Source: the human T2T-CHM13v2.0 reference genome, Homo sapiens. From it: 64,000 nt of DNA. Shown here piece after piece: positions 41,144 through 55,964 of the stretch (positions are counted from its first letter, which is position 1; every line of letters starts with the position of its first letter). The notes beneath the pieces are model-generated. The model made no database searches. It was not told the DNA's origin and saw only the letters and a list, made by a program, of their open reading frames with translations. Where the stretch lies: assembly GCF_009914755.1 (NCBI RefSeq), contig NC_060927.1, one strand, 5' to 3'. The position numbers were made by a program, and so were the translations under genes.

Positions 41144-42831
41144 TTTAAAAAAAGGTGAAAGTAAAATAATACCTTAACTGTAATTTTGGAATCAAATTTA
41201 TACACGGAGATTTTTCCTCCACATCATATGCTGCCTTTCCTCTAAAATTAACATTGTAGGTAACAGTATTCTGGCTGAAATATTCTTAAATCCATTATTA
41301 CTTTTAAAATTTTTTCTTAATTAGAACATACATTTATTCCCCAAAACTCAAAAACTCATTTTATTAAAATATGAGGTTGTGAAGTGAAAAAAATACGCAA
41401 AGACTAAAGTGTTTAGGAATTAAACATACAGTATAAGTTGTATACTATTGTTCAGTTGTATCTAGACATGTTTATTACCAAGCTGGAAGCCGCTTAGGTT
41501 GACGATATTATACTTACAAATGTCACCACAGGTATAGTTGTTCACCAAACATGTGCTAGTTATTTAAACCCTTTCTGGCTCTATGCACAAGCTCATGTCG
41601 TCACGCTGTTGTTTAGGTCACATTATCAAGAAATATATGTCTAGCAGCCACTTTCTCAGATCAGAAACTGTAATTTACTTAGTAATTTATGACTTTAAAT
41701 AAAAGAATCACTGATTCAGAATAATAATAATTTGTCTTAAACTTTGGTTTGTGGATTTACCAGCCTAGCAATAATATTTATTTTTATTTCTATTTATTTT
41801 TAAGGGAAGGACCCTTCACTATTTTGAGAAGCAGAATACTTCACTGTGTGTCAGAATTTTCTGGTGCTCCACAGTAAATAAAAAATTGTCATTCAATTAA
41901 TAAAATGTGTAAAGAAGCATACAATTGTAAAAGTTACCACATAATGTGGGATTCCCTTGATTTCTTCTACTGCTCTCCTGCAGAATTTAGAATGATGAGC
42001 CCCTTATTTTCTTCACATCACTTTTGGAGACTTTTGTTGGTATTTTGTCCTCTGTACCATTTTTCCTGGTTATTCATTCTCAGCATTTAAAGTTGGATAG
42101 GAAATGCTTTCCTCCTCTAACTTCTGGTGATGCAGTTCTGTCCATATGCATCACTGTTACTTTTCTTTATGGTGTTTGTAGGTAATGGAAGCAATTTTGT
42201 AAATGTATCTCTTATATTAAGAATCCCCTCCTGAAAGGAAAAAATTTAGTCCTGTAATTCTTAGACTCTTCTGATAGCTCAGACTAGTGTGGTTAGAAAG
42301 CACTAGGGTGCTATACAGTGCCAAAAACATCTTTTTAAATACAATTTTCTTGTATATATTTATGTAGAAAAACATAACGGTGAACATACATAGAATGCAT
42401 ACATCCTAAACAAGTTAATTTTATTTCAAATTTTGTTTGCCACCAAATTCTATAGTAAAATTGAAAATATATTTAATTCAGTTGATCTGAATTGAAAAGA
42501 AATTGTTATAATGATATCTTGAATGATAAAACAGGCATTAAGTTATATTGCAATGTTACACTAACAGGGAATTTGAACACCAACTTAGCAGTTTAATTTT
42601 TACTTCACAACATTTTTATAGTCTATATACTGTGGTTTGTCCCTGTATCTTATTTGCCATCAAAATTTCCTTTTAAACTATAAAATTTTCTCAGACTTGC
42701 AAAACTCTTGATTCTTCTATGAATTATCATAAAGTTGAATGCCCTCATTCATTTCTTGTTTGGGTATTAGCAGTACCTGGAGAAGATAAGTCAATAGATA
42801 AACATCCTCATATTAACCCAGAAGATAGTCA

Positions 42832-43049
<218 letters not shown>

Positions 43050-44758
43050 AAGAAAAATGAAAATCATGTCACAAAAATCATATATTCAAACTAATTACAT
43101 AAGATATACATAAGGTCAGAAGTTTATTTTATGTGAAAAGAGCTTTAAAAAAACTGTTTAACTGAATACTTTAGTAACATGGAAAAATCTCTCTGCTTGC
43201 TATAAGATCTGGATATTGCAGAAATAAAAATATGTGCTTCTCAGGATGAACTGTTTATCCTAAAACAGCAGAATATTTCTATAGTATTTTGATATTTAAT
43301 AAAAATTAAAGTAGGATGATACACACATTAGAGACTAAGAATTTAATTCTAATTCACAAAACAAAAAGTATCCAAGACAGCAATAATTATGGGACTCAAA
43401 CACAGAGTAAAATATTTAGGTTTTAGCATTTCACATGCTACCTTTGATCTTGTGGTCATATTAATTGCATTATCCTGTTTGTGTATGAGAATATATTCCA
43501 TTGCTTTCAATTAATTTCAGTCAAACTATTCAAATTAAAGAACATTTTGCTTCTATTAGTATAAAAGCAACTTTGATTAATGCATTAAACTTTCCCATAG
43601 TGTCAGATATGTGATCAGTTCAAATAATATTACCTACAGATATTTATTTAAAAATATTTCACAGTTAACTTGAATTTATTGATATTTTCCCTGACTCTGA
43701 TAGAGCTGAGAAATTATAGAATCCCAATAATAACGGTGTTAATTTAGATACTAGGCAGAAGTTTTTATCCAAAAGAACTCTATTGATAATGTATTTGCAA
43801 AATTCTCTAGTTAAAAGCATGGCTTGATTTGCACTTTACAACAAAGATAAACCCATGATAAATAATATTTGTTCATTATTATGCTTAACCAAAAATAATT
43901 AACAAAGACCTCATGCTTAAAAAGAATTGGTGGTGAGATTGTAACTAACAAAGAAACTCCATGAACCCCAGCAGCAAATGCTTAAGAAGGACATATGGAA
44001 TAATTTCAAACATTATATCAGACATTATAACAAATAAATAAATGTGAATTTGACCTTAATGTTCCTAAGTCAATGATTAATACAATTATGTTGAATAATT
44101 TTATTTGTTATTTAAATATACTGATTTCTTACAATCTTTTATGGAAAAAGGTATTTTGGAAAAACAAGGTATCTAGATTTATAGCTATAAGATACATTTA
44201 TTCATTTATCAACAAAAACATGCTTATGCAACAGCAGTTCTCCAGGTTTTTTCATATATTGTAGAGGTAAATATTGAGAATAAACACATACACAAACACA
44301 CAGATACACAAACATACACAGTGGGTGCTCAACAGCTTATCACACACCAGAGGAAAAAAGATGTTAATAGATGAATATACTTATAATAAGTGCTACAATA
44401 GAATAAATTTGACTCAAAATGCAGCCTTAAAGTTTCTCTTCATGTCAGTACAATGTGATTTTACTTGGTTTATGTATTTTTTAAAAAATAAACCAATGAA
44501 AAGCTTAGGTAATTATACTTATCATTTCAAAATTTGACTGTTTAAAGTACTTTATTTAAACTTTATATATACATCAATACACTGCATCCATAGATTTCTT
44601 CTATTATCCAAAATAATGTGATTTTTTAACATGTTTAACTATCTGGTTTTTCTTTCTCATGTGTACCAAATTCAGAGAGAAACAGATAATAAGTGGGAAG
44701 TGTCAGGGTAATAGAGAAGGAACTTAGATGTAGTCCTAGGACTAAGTCAAATACCCAA

Positions 44759-44827
44759 ATACATACATACATACACCACACACACACACACACACACACA
44801 CTGTCTCTCTCTCTCTCTCTCTCTCTC
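44759..44827. repeat. Compound microsatellite (ATAC)4-(CA)12-(TC)12
   Basis: Directly visible. Confidence 0.95.
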
Positions 44828-45372
44828 ATATGCATATATCATATAGATGTATATGTTTTAAAGCCTTGTCTTTGAATAAAAGAAATTGCTTTGCATATAT
44901 GTTTAAACTTGAACAAGTATTTTAAAATGGATTAAAAGTGAGAATAAATGAGTAAATATTCAACAAAATAAAAATAGTATATGCAATCAAATATAGTATG
45001 TGTTTCAGACAGTGGGTCTGAGTTTGTTGAAGGAGAAATTTTAGAATCAGTCAAAATATAAAAGATTTGAAAAATTATAAAACTTATCCATGTGAATTCT
45101 CTGTGTGACATGACTAAAACTAAACCTTATAAAAGATTATGTTGCTAGCACTGTCAAAGTTAGATTGGAATCATGAGCAATACTGAAACCAGGAAAACAT
45201 TCCAAGATACCATACTCTAATTGGAAGAACAAAATATGAAGTCAAAAAGAAGCCATGAGAATGGAGAAGGAGGCTTGATATATGACAGTTTTGTGGGTAC
45301 ATTGCCGAAGTTTTTGGTGAACATGTGGCCATATATTCAAGTCCATAGATGTAAAAACTAAACATTTTCTTG

Positions 45373-45505
45373 GGGTTTTTGGTATTTTGTTTTATTTTTT
45401 GGAGATGGGGTCCCATTCTGGTGCCCAGGCTGGAATGCAGTCACGAGATCACAGCTCGCTGCAGCCAGGCACATACACACATTAGCTGTTTGGTAGCACC
45501 CAGCT

Positions 45506-45548
<43 letters not shown>

Positions 45549-45676
45549 GTGAGGTCTCTTGTTGAGAGGGCCTACAAAATGGCCAGGCACAGTGGCTCAC
45601 GCCCATAATTCGACCATTTTGAGAGGCTGACCTCCCAAAGTGCTGGAATTACAGGTGTGAACTACTGTCCCTGGCC
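45373..45676 (-). mobile_element. Rearranged AluJ-like element with (TG)n linker and internal inverted duplication
   Basis: TSD ATTTTCTTG (45364-45372 and 45677-45685); partial right arm, TG run 45508-45544, sense Alu head at 45581-45630. Confidence 0.88.
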
Positions 45677-45739
45677 ATTTTCTTGTTTTTAAACAAATCA
45701 TTTGACTCATTTCAATATCTAATGTAAACTTTTAATTCA

Positions 45740-45873
45740 TGGGTGATCACCCTAGGCACTATTGACATATTGGACTACATGCCAATAGTTCCTTCTGATT
45801 TGTGACTACCAAAAATTGCAGGCATTATACAATGTCCTTTTGGGTGCAAAGTTTGCACCAGTTATGAATCTTT
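45740..45873. mobile_element. MER20 remnant
   Basis: GGCACTATTGACATATTGG...TTGTGACTACCAAAAAT...CAATGTCCTTTTGGGTGCAAA. Confidence 0.65.
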
Positions 45874-45923
45874 TCTATATATTAAACATTTACCTTTTTA
45901 GAAAAAAATTCAATACTTAAGCT

Positions 45924-46384
45924 ATACATTATCTTTGTCTACAATAATTAATTACATAACAAACACTCTCAAATGTTTAGTGGCTTACAACAACAAATAT
46001 TTACTTTCATCACTCAGAACCAGAGTGTCAGATGGTATTTGGCTGATCTTGGCTGGGCTTGGCTGGATTTAGTCAGCATAGCTTTGGGCTACAGCTCAAG
46101 TTCAAGTATTTTTCATGTGTTTCATGTGGGGCTTAGGTTAAAGGGACAGTGACTGCTGAGGTATGCTATTCTGATGGTGATATCAAAAGCCCAATGAGGA
46201 AGCCCAAACAGGTATGTACATTTCAAGCCTCCACTTGCATTGAGTGCTGTAACATCTAGTTGACCAAAATCAAATAGTATAGTGAAGGCCTAGGCAAGGA
46301 CAGAAAGTTATTCTGCCTACCATGTGTCTAAGGCAAGAATGTGAAATAAACAATTGAAACCAACTATTTATTATATCTACCACA
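45924..46384 (-). mobile_element. MLT1G/H-like LTR
   Basis: ATAACAAACACTCTCAAA...TTTAGTGGCTTACAACAAC...GGCTGATCTTGGCTGGGCT...CTACCACA. Confidence 0.7.
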
Positions 46385-46409
46385 TACTCAAATGATATCT
46401 AGAACATAG

Positions 46410-46755
<346 letters not shown>

Positions 46756-46807
46756 ACTTACTTTTATACTGATGCTGATTGTACAACTTGTCACTTATCT
46801 GAGAACC

Positions 46808-46959
46808 ACTATAAGAATATAAGCAGAATTTTCAATAGAAACTTTGCAGCATAGAAAAGTGGGAAGATATTTTCAAAGTGCTGAGGGGAGGCGGGGGAGA
46901 ACTGACAACCAAGAATACTATGCCTGGCAAAACTGTTCTTCAAAAGTCAAGAGATATAG
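46808..46959 (+). mobile_element. L1M ORF1 fragment
   Basis: GCAGAATTTTCAATAGAAACTTTGCAG...CAACCAAGAATACTATGCCTGGCAAAACTGTTCTTCAAAA. Confidence 0.75.
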
Positions 46960-47079
46960 CTCAATAGCTGTTCTAATTGCCTCCTCGTACACCTTCCTGT
47001 ACCACAACATCTAGCAAGATAATAAATGGAATTGGGACATTTTGTTACTGACATGAATATAGTAGATTGACTAGTACCA

Positions 47080-47468
47080 ACTATTCAAGGTCAGGCACTG
47101 CAGAAGCAAAGCTAGTGTCAGGGTTTCAGGTGGATAAGATTGAGGGAGCTCTCATCAGGAAAACCTGCGAATGTGGGCAGCCAAATAGGAAAGAGGAAGG
47201 AGCTGGGCAAGAGTGTAGTCTCACATAGATTCTATCCTTGATCTGATTCATGAGCATGCTCTGGAGCATAAATCACATTGCAGAGTCATCCCTCTTAAGC
47301 AAAGCAAATAGACCACAGAGCCCCCTTATTAAGCCATAAGTGCAATGGACGGGAAATGTAACATCCATCCCGGGTATAAGCTGTTAACATAGCCCCTCCC
47401 AACTAGAAGGTAGGTGTATACCACCTAGTAAATTGGATATGGACAGGGCATCGAAAGCACCCACTATA
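47080..47468 (-). mobile_element. LTR33-like solo LTR (ERVL)
   Basis: GGTCAGG...CAGAAGCAAAGC...TTGAGGGAG...GCTCTGGAGCATAAATCACA...GCACCCACTATA. Confidence 0.65.
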
Positions 47469-50085
47469 ATTGCTTTATATAGTAAATTATAACTACATTT
47501 ATACTTTCATTTACATTTCGAAGGACCCTCCTGATCAGTTAAAATATGCTTACTATGCCTACTTTTCCCTAATGCTTTTTCTCTGTAAATTGTTTTTTAT
47601 CTAAGTCACAACTCTGCTTATCCTACTCTTTCAATTGCCCCAAACTTTTCTTCACCCACTGGTATTAACCCAAGTTATATATGTTGAATTATACAGCTGC
47701 TTACCCTCCAGCTGCTTCCCTTGTTGAAGTAAATAGAGTCTGGCCCTAAGTTGGGTTTCTGTCTCATCTAGTATTTATCCTGGGGTCTATTTAAATTTCT
47801 GTTTTCTACCTTAGCTTTGGGACTATTCCTTGTTCTTCTTTTTCTTTCCCTGAACATCAGTGGCACGTTTCCCACTGGCTACCATTCTGACCCCTGCTCC
47901 CTACTCCTTATCTATAAGTTATCCTTACAAATATCATGTAATATAATTGCTTTCTCTGACTCTAAGTTAAACCATGCACGCTGTCTGCTAACCCATTTTA
48001 ACCAGGAGGCACACACAGGCAGGAGAATAAGTAAAACAAGTGTTCTTCATAGCTTGCCCTTCATAAATTGCTATTCCTCTGGGGAGGGGGCTAGCGTATG
48101 ATTGAATTATCTTCCTTGCAGAAGCACAATGTGCATATGTTGTACCAGTACACCCCAAGTTTTTAGGAACCAAATGAACTGCTAAGATTTACATATTAAA
48201 TTTCAACTGAGAGACAATCTGCATGAAGGAAAACTCATTTTAAATGACAAATGGTAATAATAAAGATGGAAAGGAAATAAAAGATAACTAGTTTACTTTT
48301 GTTTGGGTCTTATTTTGGCTCATTTGCTGGGACAAATGTTTTCATCAAAATATTTCTTTGTATTGCACTTTATTTAAGTCACTTATAATCTTACTTAGTA
48401 TAGTTGACCATAATGAAAAAGGAATCCAGTGTTCCTTAATGTTATTTAAATTGTATAATATCAGACATTGTTGTTAAATATTATAATTAAACTGTGTAAT
48501 CAATTGAGTATCCATTTTTATCCAAATAATTTGCCTTTTTATTTTAATAACACAAAGCTGCCGGAAACATATTGATCTCTTCATCCATTTTTCATTGCTA
48601 ATTCTCCGTCTCTGCTCTTTCTTTCTCTAATCGTGGATTTAATGCCATATCATGGCTATGAAAATAGCCACTAGGAAATAAACTGTGGAATAAATGTCTT
48701 TTGTGCCACAAGTATCTGGGATATTTTTATAAGCACTTGTCAAAACCATATCTGTAAATATTAAATACAATAAAATCCTCAAGAGGATAAAATACCTCCA
48801 GTAATGTAAAACAGTATTATTGCCCCAAACAAACAGGCAAAATGAAAAGGAGATTTTTTTCCACAACCTCTGTTGCTGCTAAAAGAAAAAAAATTAAACT
48901 TGAATAACATGGGTCAAAACAAATTCTAACTACTACTAAATCAAAAGAAAATATTTCCAAACTACTGAGAACTTTTACATGCAGAAGCAGTTCAGATCAG
49001 CCATATAATTTTAATGATTAGTATTTCTGAGGCAAGTAGGTAATTTATTCAAAGGAATATAACACATGTGATTCAATCCTACTAGAGAAAGCTTTCCCAA
49101 TTCCCTGAGAATCATTAAGGATCTGGGAAGATACTATCTCAAATTTCATAGCTTGTTCTATGAGAATCTTTCTCAACCTTGGGTTACTAGAAATGTTATC
49201 CACTGCTTTATGGAGGAGAGGATCGATATTAAATAAAAATCAAAAGGTGGAGGATACATAATAAGTATAAAGACTTAGGTTGAAAATGAAGTTTTAGAGA
49301 AAAACAACCATTATTAGTTTTATTGTCCCTAGAGAAAAGCCAAAATGAAAGCCATCATGGACTGGTCAAACAGGGATTACTAATCAAGGAAATAAGAAAA
49401 GCATGAAAGTTTAAAAGTGATAAGCCTTTACTAGGAAAACCACCATTCATTGTCCCCATCATGGAACCACCAGAAGACAAATTAGTGCTCAGTTATCATC
49501 CTGGACCACCAGTTGAATGCAATCAGCACATGTCCAGTTCAACAGCTGGTAGGAACAGGGATGAATCTGTTTTTGTGAGTTCTTGCATATATACAATATT
49601 GTCCACTTAAAAAAAAAAAGAAAGAAAAGGAGTATGTAAAGATATCACTAGGGCCTCTCTGAGCAATCTTAAGGGGCTCATGCTAGGGAGCATCCCCAAC
49701 AAGGCAAGTAAGTTCCATTAACTTTATGGTAAATCCACCTCTGAGCTGGAGTAATACGCCTCTCTTCCTCCAGACTGTGCCTATGTCCCACCCCAACATT
49801 ACATTCTCATCAGGAATCTAGGACTCACATAGATTTGCTGTCCACCATCAGCAAAATAGGGAGCAATGGAACCTGAGAACAGTGATGGTGGTGAGAAGGA
49901 AACTGCACCTATGGAATAGGCTTAATAGAATCCAATTTAAAATTTAAATGAGTCTGCAAAGGCAGTAACTATAGTGCTCACTCTAATTCTCGGCTTCTTT
50001 TTCAAATGTTGTCCCCTCTCCTCCTTCCATTCTCTCTCAGCAAATGACCTCAATATGTAATTAATGGAGTATAGGTAATTCATAA

Positions 50086-50495
<410 letters not shown>

Positions 50496-51783
50496 CTTCT
50501 TCCTTTTTAAGATTAACTCTTTTTAAGATACGGACCTGTGTCTCTCTCTTCTTCTGTAATATCAGCCTGCTAAAAAAGGTTATATATACTCACTGACTCC
50601 ACTTTTTCACAGCCCATTCAATCCTCAACTTACTTCAATCTGGATATAGTCCCCACAGCTTCACCAAATAACTCTCTCCATGGTACCAATTCTTGCTGAT
50701 AACCCATGGACCATCAGTACTTATTTTATCTGACATCACCATTAATTACCTCCTTTTCTTAGAATATTTTCCTCCTTTCTAGCCACTCTGTCACAGTATA
50801 TTATTTAATTTATCTTTTAAATATTGTATTATTTAAGTTTCTGTCTTAAGCCCATTTTATTTCACTCTAATCATGCTTCCTAGGCTACCTCATACTAATC
50901 ATTGTTTCAAGAGCCATCTACATGTTTGTCATTGATGTCTCCAAAACCAGAATCGCCAACATAGAACTGATTCGAGGTTGAAATATGACCCACATATCAT
51001 ATGTATGTTAAATGTATTTATTTGACTCTGACAATGACACTTCAGACTCCGCATGTCCAAAAACAAATGCTTCATCTTTAGTTTCAAATACGTTCTGCAC
51101 TCTTCCTGCTGGAAGAATGACAACAAATTTCCACCCAATAATCAAAGAAAGGAACCTCCACATTATCCCTGACTCCTTCCTTTCCCATATTCCATATACT
51201 CACTTGATTACCAATTCCCTGGATTCTACCTCCTAATACACCTTATTTCTAATTACTTATCTGTATCTAGACTTCAAATTCCAATAATTCATACACCATA
51301 TATCTCTCACTTGGATAACTGCAACTATTTCTAACTCCTTGCTTCCTTCTCCAAATTTATCCATACTCTAATCCATTCTCCATACACTAGACTGAATTAT
51401 ATTGCTAACACAAAAAACCTGATAAAATGTTTATCCATAACTAAAATTTATCAATGACTTCTAATGCCTTCATGTGTAATTCTAAATGTCTTAATTTGGT
51501 CTGCAAGGTCCTTCATTAACTGCCTTCTGCCAACATCTCTAGTAATAGTGAACTTTCTCTACTTTCAGAAAAGTTAATATTTTCCTTGACTCTAAACTTC
51601 CAACTTTTCTGAAATATCCTTCACAAATCCTCTTAGATTATGTGTGTTTTCACCTGAAGAGTTCCAATCCCTTACACATCAATTTGGAATCTACGAAAAA
51701 GTTTGCCCTTCTTGATTTTTGAAATATTTTCCAATGTGCTCCCTACAGAAAACTGTACGTTCCTCATGAAAGCGCTTTCACAA

Positions 51784-53507
51784 TGTCACGGGATCTTTAG
51801 GGTGTTGCTTCACCAGCCAGAAACTTCTGTGGTCGGTGACGCCTTCTGCTTGAGTATTGCTCGCACCTGCTGGGCTCATTCCACCCACTCGGCCTGGCAG
51901 GCTGCACTCGGCTCATGCTACTAGCTTGTGTTGGTGGCCCACACCTGCCAAGGGTGAGCCAGGTGCCCACAGAGCAGCGAGCAGTGTGGGGTCAAGCGAG
52001 CATAGGGTCTGGCCACTGCACACAGCCAGGCATGGCAGCTGCTGTGGCAGGGTGGGTAGCTCCAGGCACCAGCACAGGTGTTGGTTCCATGTGAGGCTGT
52101 AACTGGACAAGACGTACCATACGCGGCTTCCACTGTGGGCATCCATGTCTAGATGAGGGGAACACGGTGTTGCCGAGAAACTTGGAGACACCAGGAACCG
52201 CAGAGATCCAAATAGAATGTTACAGCTCTGGCTCAGGGAGCCCCTAGGTCTGGGCTCCCTGAAGGGTGGCAGCTCTTCCCTCCTATTGTCTCCCACAACG
52301 TGGTGAGTGGGGGTGTGTTTCAGTCCTGTTTGTGTTACAGCTCTTTTAGTCCCACCATTCAATGTGTCCCGAGTTTTTGTCCTGCATTCAGGAAGAATGA
52401 GGTACACAGACAACAGGAGAATGAGCAAGGTAGAGAGGAGCTACACTGAGTGGTAGAACAGTTTTTGGGAGACCTGAAGTGGGTAGCTCCTTTCCACAGG
52501 CAGGTCATCCAGATGAGTGCCCAGCACTCAGTGGAGAGGAAACCCACAGTGGGTAGCTCCTACCTGCAGGCAGGTCATCCCAATGTCTTTCTGCAGGCAG
52601 ATCATCCATCAAATCTGCTGCCAACAACAGAGAGGAGACCAAGAGTGGGTAGCTCCTACCTGCAGGCAGGTCATCCCAACGTCTCTGCAACCCTCATCGG
52701 AGAGGAGACCAGAATGGGTAGCCCCTAGCCACAGGCAGCTCATACTGTCATCTGCCTGAGTCTGGCTGAGACTGGGTGTTTTGTAGACTTCAGAGAGAAT
52801 AAAGTGCATTCTGATTGGTCCATGTGCAGGCCTGGACAAAGCACCATAAGTTCTCACACCAGTCTGTGGAACTGGCAGCCCAGGCCCCAGGCTTAAGGCT
52901 GTCCCTGGCTTGAAGGTGGGGATTCACTGGAGACCCACCCTTTTCTACCCAGGAGCCTATCTGCCTCCTACCATCCCTATATGTCATCCATAGTGCCCAG
53001 GCTGTTCAAGCCAAGGGGGCACCTGCAGGCCCACATCGAGCTGCTCTCAGAGCCCCCTGACCTCCCTCCCATGCTCATTGGTGCCCAAAGTTTGGAGGGA
53101 ACTGAGGCAGTAGGGGGCTGGTGTGTCAGTGCCACCCTGAGTGTGCACATACCTGGCCAGGTAATGATGATTCCCAGGCTTAGCCACAACTTTGCTCCAA
53201 AATTGGAGCAGGTGCCAAGAACAGCCAGAGGCCATCCAGTGGGAGCAGGCACTTCTGAGCCTGCAGATGAACAGGGGGCTTCCTGAGCCCCAAGATACAG
53301 GTATGCCCAGGTCTGCAGCTGTGGCTGGGCGGCTACTGCTGCACCCAGGGGGGCAGGGCTCTCACCCCTTCAACTAGGAAGCAGGCAGGGCTACCACCAG
53401 TTCCCTGCTACCACCAGCTTCATGGAGCACACAGCCCCAGCTGTGCCTCCCTCCCTGCAGCCAGTGTCATAGCAGTGGCCACTCCAGATGGGCTGCTGCT
53501 GCCATCA
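51784..53507 (-). mobile_element. MER52 (A-like) solo LTR (ERV1)
   Basis: Termini TGTCACGGGATC...GCTGCTGCTGCCATCA, 1724 bp, GC-rich, internal GTGGGTAGCTCC repeats; TSD ACAA/ACAC. Confidence 0.88.
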
Positions 53508-53858
53508 ACACTATATTTATTTACCTAGCAGTCTATATCCACTATTAGAATGTTTGTAGGACCAATATCTGTCTTATTTACCATTTCTTGGAACCAATTA
53601 TAGCAAGTAGAGGGTAATTGAGAAAACACGTATGGGACAGAAAAGTTATCTATAAAGACAAAATAGTACTCTGAAATGTCCAACAAAACAAAATGAACTT
53701 CAAAAAGCACAATTTAGTTATTATTCCAGACATACATAGATAAATGTGGGTCTGGTTAAAACTAAAATTTTCTATTTCAATTGAAACACATAGAAGCAAT
53801 CTAAAATAACATTAGTATTTATCACGAGCTTTGGAATTGCAAGTAAAAAAATAACATG

Positions 53859-54027
53859 GGGATATGCATGGTACCACCTGTTTGCAGTCCTAGCTACTCA
53901 GGAGGTTGTGGTTGATTGCTTTGTTGAGCCCAAAAGTTCAAGATTATAGTGAACTATGATGGCACCACTACTCTTTAGCCTGAGTGACAAAGCAAGATGC
54001 TCTCTCAAATACATAAATTCATTAAAT
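53859..54027 (+). mobile_element. Old Alu monomer (FRAM/FAM-like)
   Basis: GTCCTAGCTACTCAGGAGG...TTGAGCCCAAAAGTTCAAG...AGCCTGAGTGACAAAGCAAGA; TSD AATAACATG at 53850 and 54028. Confidence 0.8.
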
Positions 54028-54459
54028 AATAACATGAGCACAGGTTACTAATGACCTGCTCCATCTCAGAATTCCATGGAAATACAAATAAAAAAGAAAA
54101 AAATTAAAGAAAAATTTTTATTGATGTTAGAAATAAAGTGAAAATATACTGTCTCTAATAAATACATAAATTCATTAACTAATAACATGAGCACAGGTTA
54201 CTAATGACCTGTTCCATCTCAGAATTCCATGGAAATACAAATAAAAAAGAAAAAAATTAAAGAAAAATTTTTATTGATGTTAGAAATAAAGTGAAAATAT
54301 ACTGTCTCTAATAAATACATAAATTCATTAAATAATAACATGAGCACAGGTTACTAATGACCTGTTCCATCTCAGAATTCCATGGAAATACAAATAAAAA
54401 AGAAAAAAATTAAAGAAAATATTTTATTGATGTTAGAAATAAAGTGAAAATATACAGTC
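54001..54459. repeat. Tandem triplication, 3 x 153 bp
   Basis: AAATACATAAATTC recurs at 54007, 54160 and 54313; copies differ at only about 3 internal positions. Confidence 0.98.
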
Positions 54460-55930
54460 CACATTGCAGCAAATCACTGCAGAGTGTTGTGATACTGGCA
54501 TTCTCACAGGTTGGGAATAATGAATATGAGTACAAATTTCAAGGCCATAAAAATATTTAGTTTTTGGCACAGTCATTCCAGATCTAAAGAGTTATATTAA
54601 AAATATTATGAAGTGTTTTTTTTTCTTTTGTTTTGTTTTGTTTTTTCCCCAAGATGGAGAATAGGAGGCAGTGTTACTGTGCCTCTCCCCCGAATCGGAA
54701 GGACCGAATAGTGGGTGAAGTTTCACACTGCGAACTTTTGTTCCAAGAACCACTGCAGGAACTTACCAGAAAAACCCAAAGAATTCACAGATCCTTTGAA
54801 AAAAGTCACAGGCTGCAGCACACTCTGTGAGACAGGCAAAAAACTGTGGATTTCTGGAGTATGAGAGGGAGACAGCCTGCCTCCAAACACACATCTCCAC
54901 TGGGGAATCTGAAAACCCAGATCATGGTAGAAGGTCTTCATCCTACCTAGAGCTGGAACAGATTTAGGAAGTGCATAAAATATAATAGCAGAAGCAGCAG
55001 CTGGAAGAGCCTGATAAGCATTCCCAGTCTCCAATGTGAACCCAGGAAAGTCATCCCTGACTGTGTCTCACAGGGGCCCTCAGGAAAGGCCGCCAGCAAA
55101 CTCAAGGAGGGGTCAAAGGGTGAAAGAAGGTCCCGGTTAAAATTTGTGATATAATTTTGAGTGGGCACCGACTCCCTTGAACAGCATCTGGTGGGTGAAT
55201 GGGAAGTGCTGCAGATACAAGCACAGGAGTGGGGTGCCCAGCATTGCAGGAAGACAGGGAGGGGCATGGCCTGAAAGCCATGCTCGCTTTCTCAGAGGGG
55301 AAGCTTATGGCCTGGGGCAGGTCTGATTTCTGTGTGCAGGCTGCCTGGATCTAGACCACTTGCTGTTGGCAGGGAACTGTGGGAACAAGACTGGCCTCAC
55401 CAACTGCATGGGAATTGCTGCCAGCTATTTCCCACTACCCTTGTGACTACCGCACAGCAGAGGTAGTCATACTCCCTCCCCTCTGGAGCATTACCCCAAG
55501 CGGCCTGAGAAACACTGCCCCATCCCCCACAGTGGCCTTGGCAAGCCCCGCCTAAGGAGAGTCTGCCTTCAGACCAGCCTCACCCTGCCCCCACCTGATG
55601 GTATTTCTCTACCCACCCTGGTAGCTTAACACAAAGGATATAAACTCTTGGGAACTTTATGGCCTTGCCCATCACCTGAGAAACCAGAATACTTCCTCTG
55701 GCAAACTTAGGGCAAGCTCAAAGCCCACTACTACTATAGCAGCTGGTGCTCTCTTGCAAGTGCCACCTCCTCACTAGAGGCCAACCAACACAAGCCATCA
55801 CAGCACAGCTCTGTAGAATAACACTGCACCCAGGGAGGAGAAAATGGCTGCTAACACTACTGCTTGCAACACCCTGACTAACCAGAAGTCCTGAGTCTGT
55901 CCACATGACAACTTCACTGATAGCATAATT

Positions 55931-55964
55931 GGCATTCAAGAAAGCTAGGCATTCAAGAAAGCTA
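55931..55964. repeat. Perfect 17-bp tandem duplication GGCATTCAAGAAAGCTA
   Basis: Directly visible. Confidence 0.95.

Noticed and set aside
49380-49930. Moderately GC-rich segment resembling an ancient LTR
   Set aside because: No termini, TSD or family motifs identified with confidence.
51703-53377. Dense cluster of overlapping ORFs and internal repeats suggesting a gene
   Set aside because: Almost entirely within the GC-rich MER52 LTR, where stops are rarer; the GTGGGTAGCTCC repeats appear to be native to that LTR.
54001-54459. Alpha satellite or CRISPR-like repeat
   Set aside because: Period is 153 rather than 171 bp, with no alphoid or CENP-B motifs and no spacers; a local duplication.
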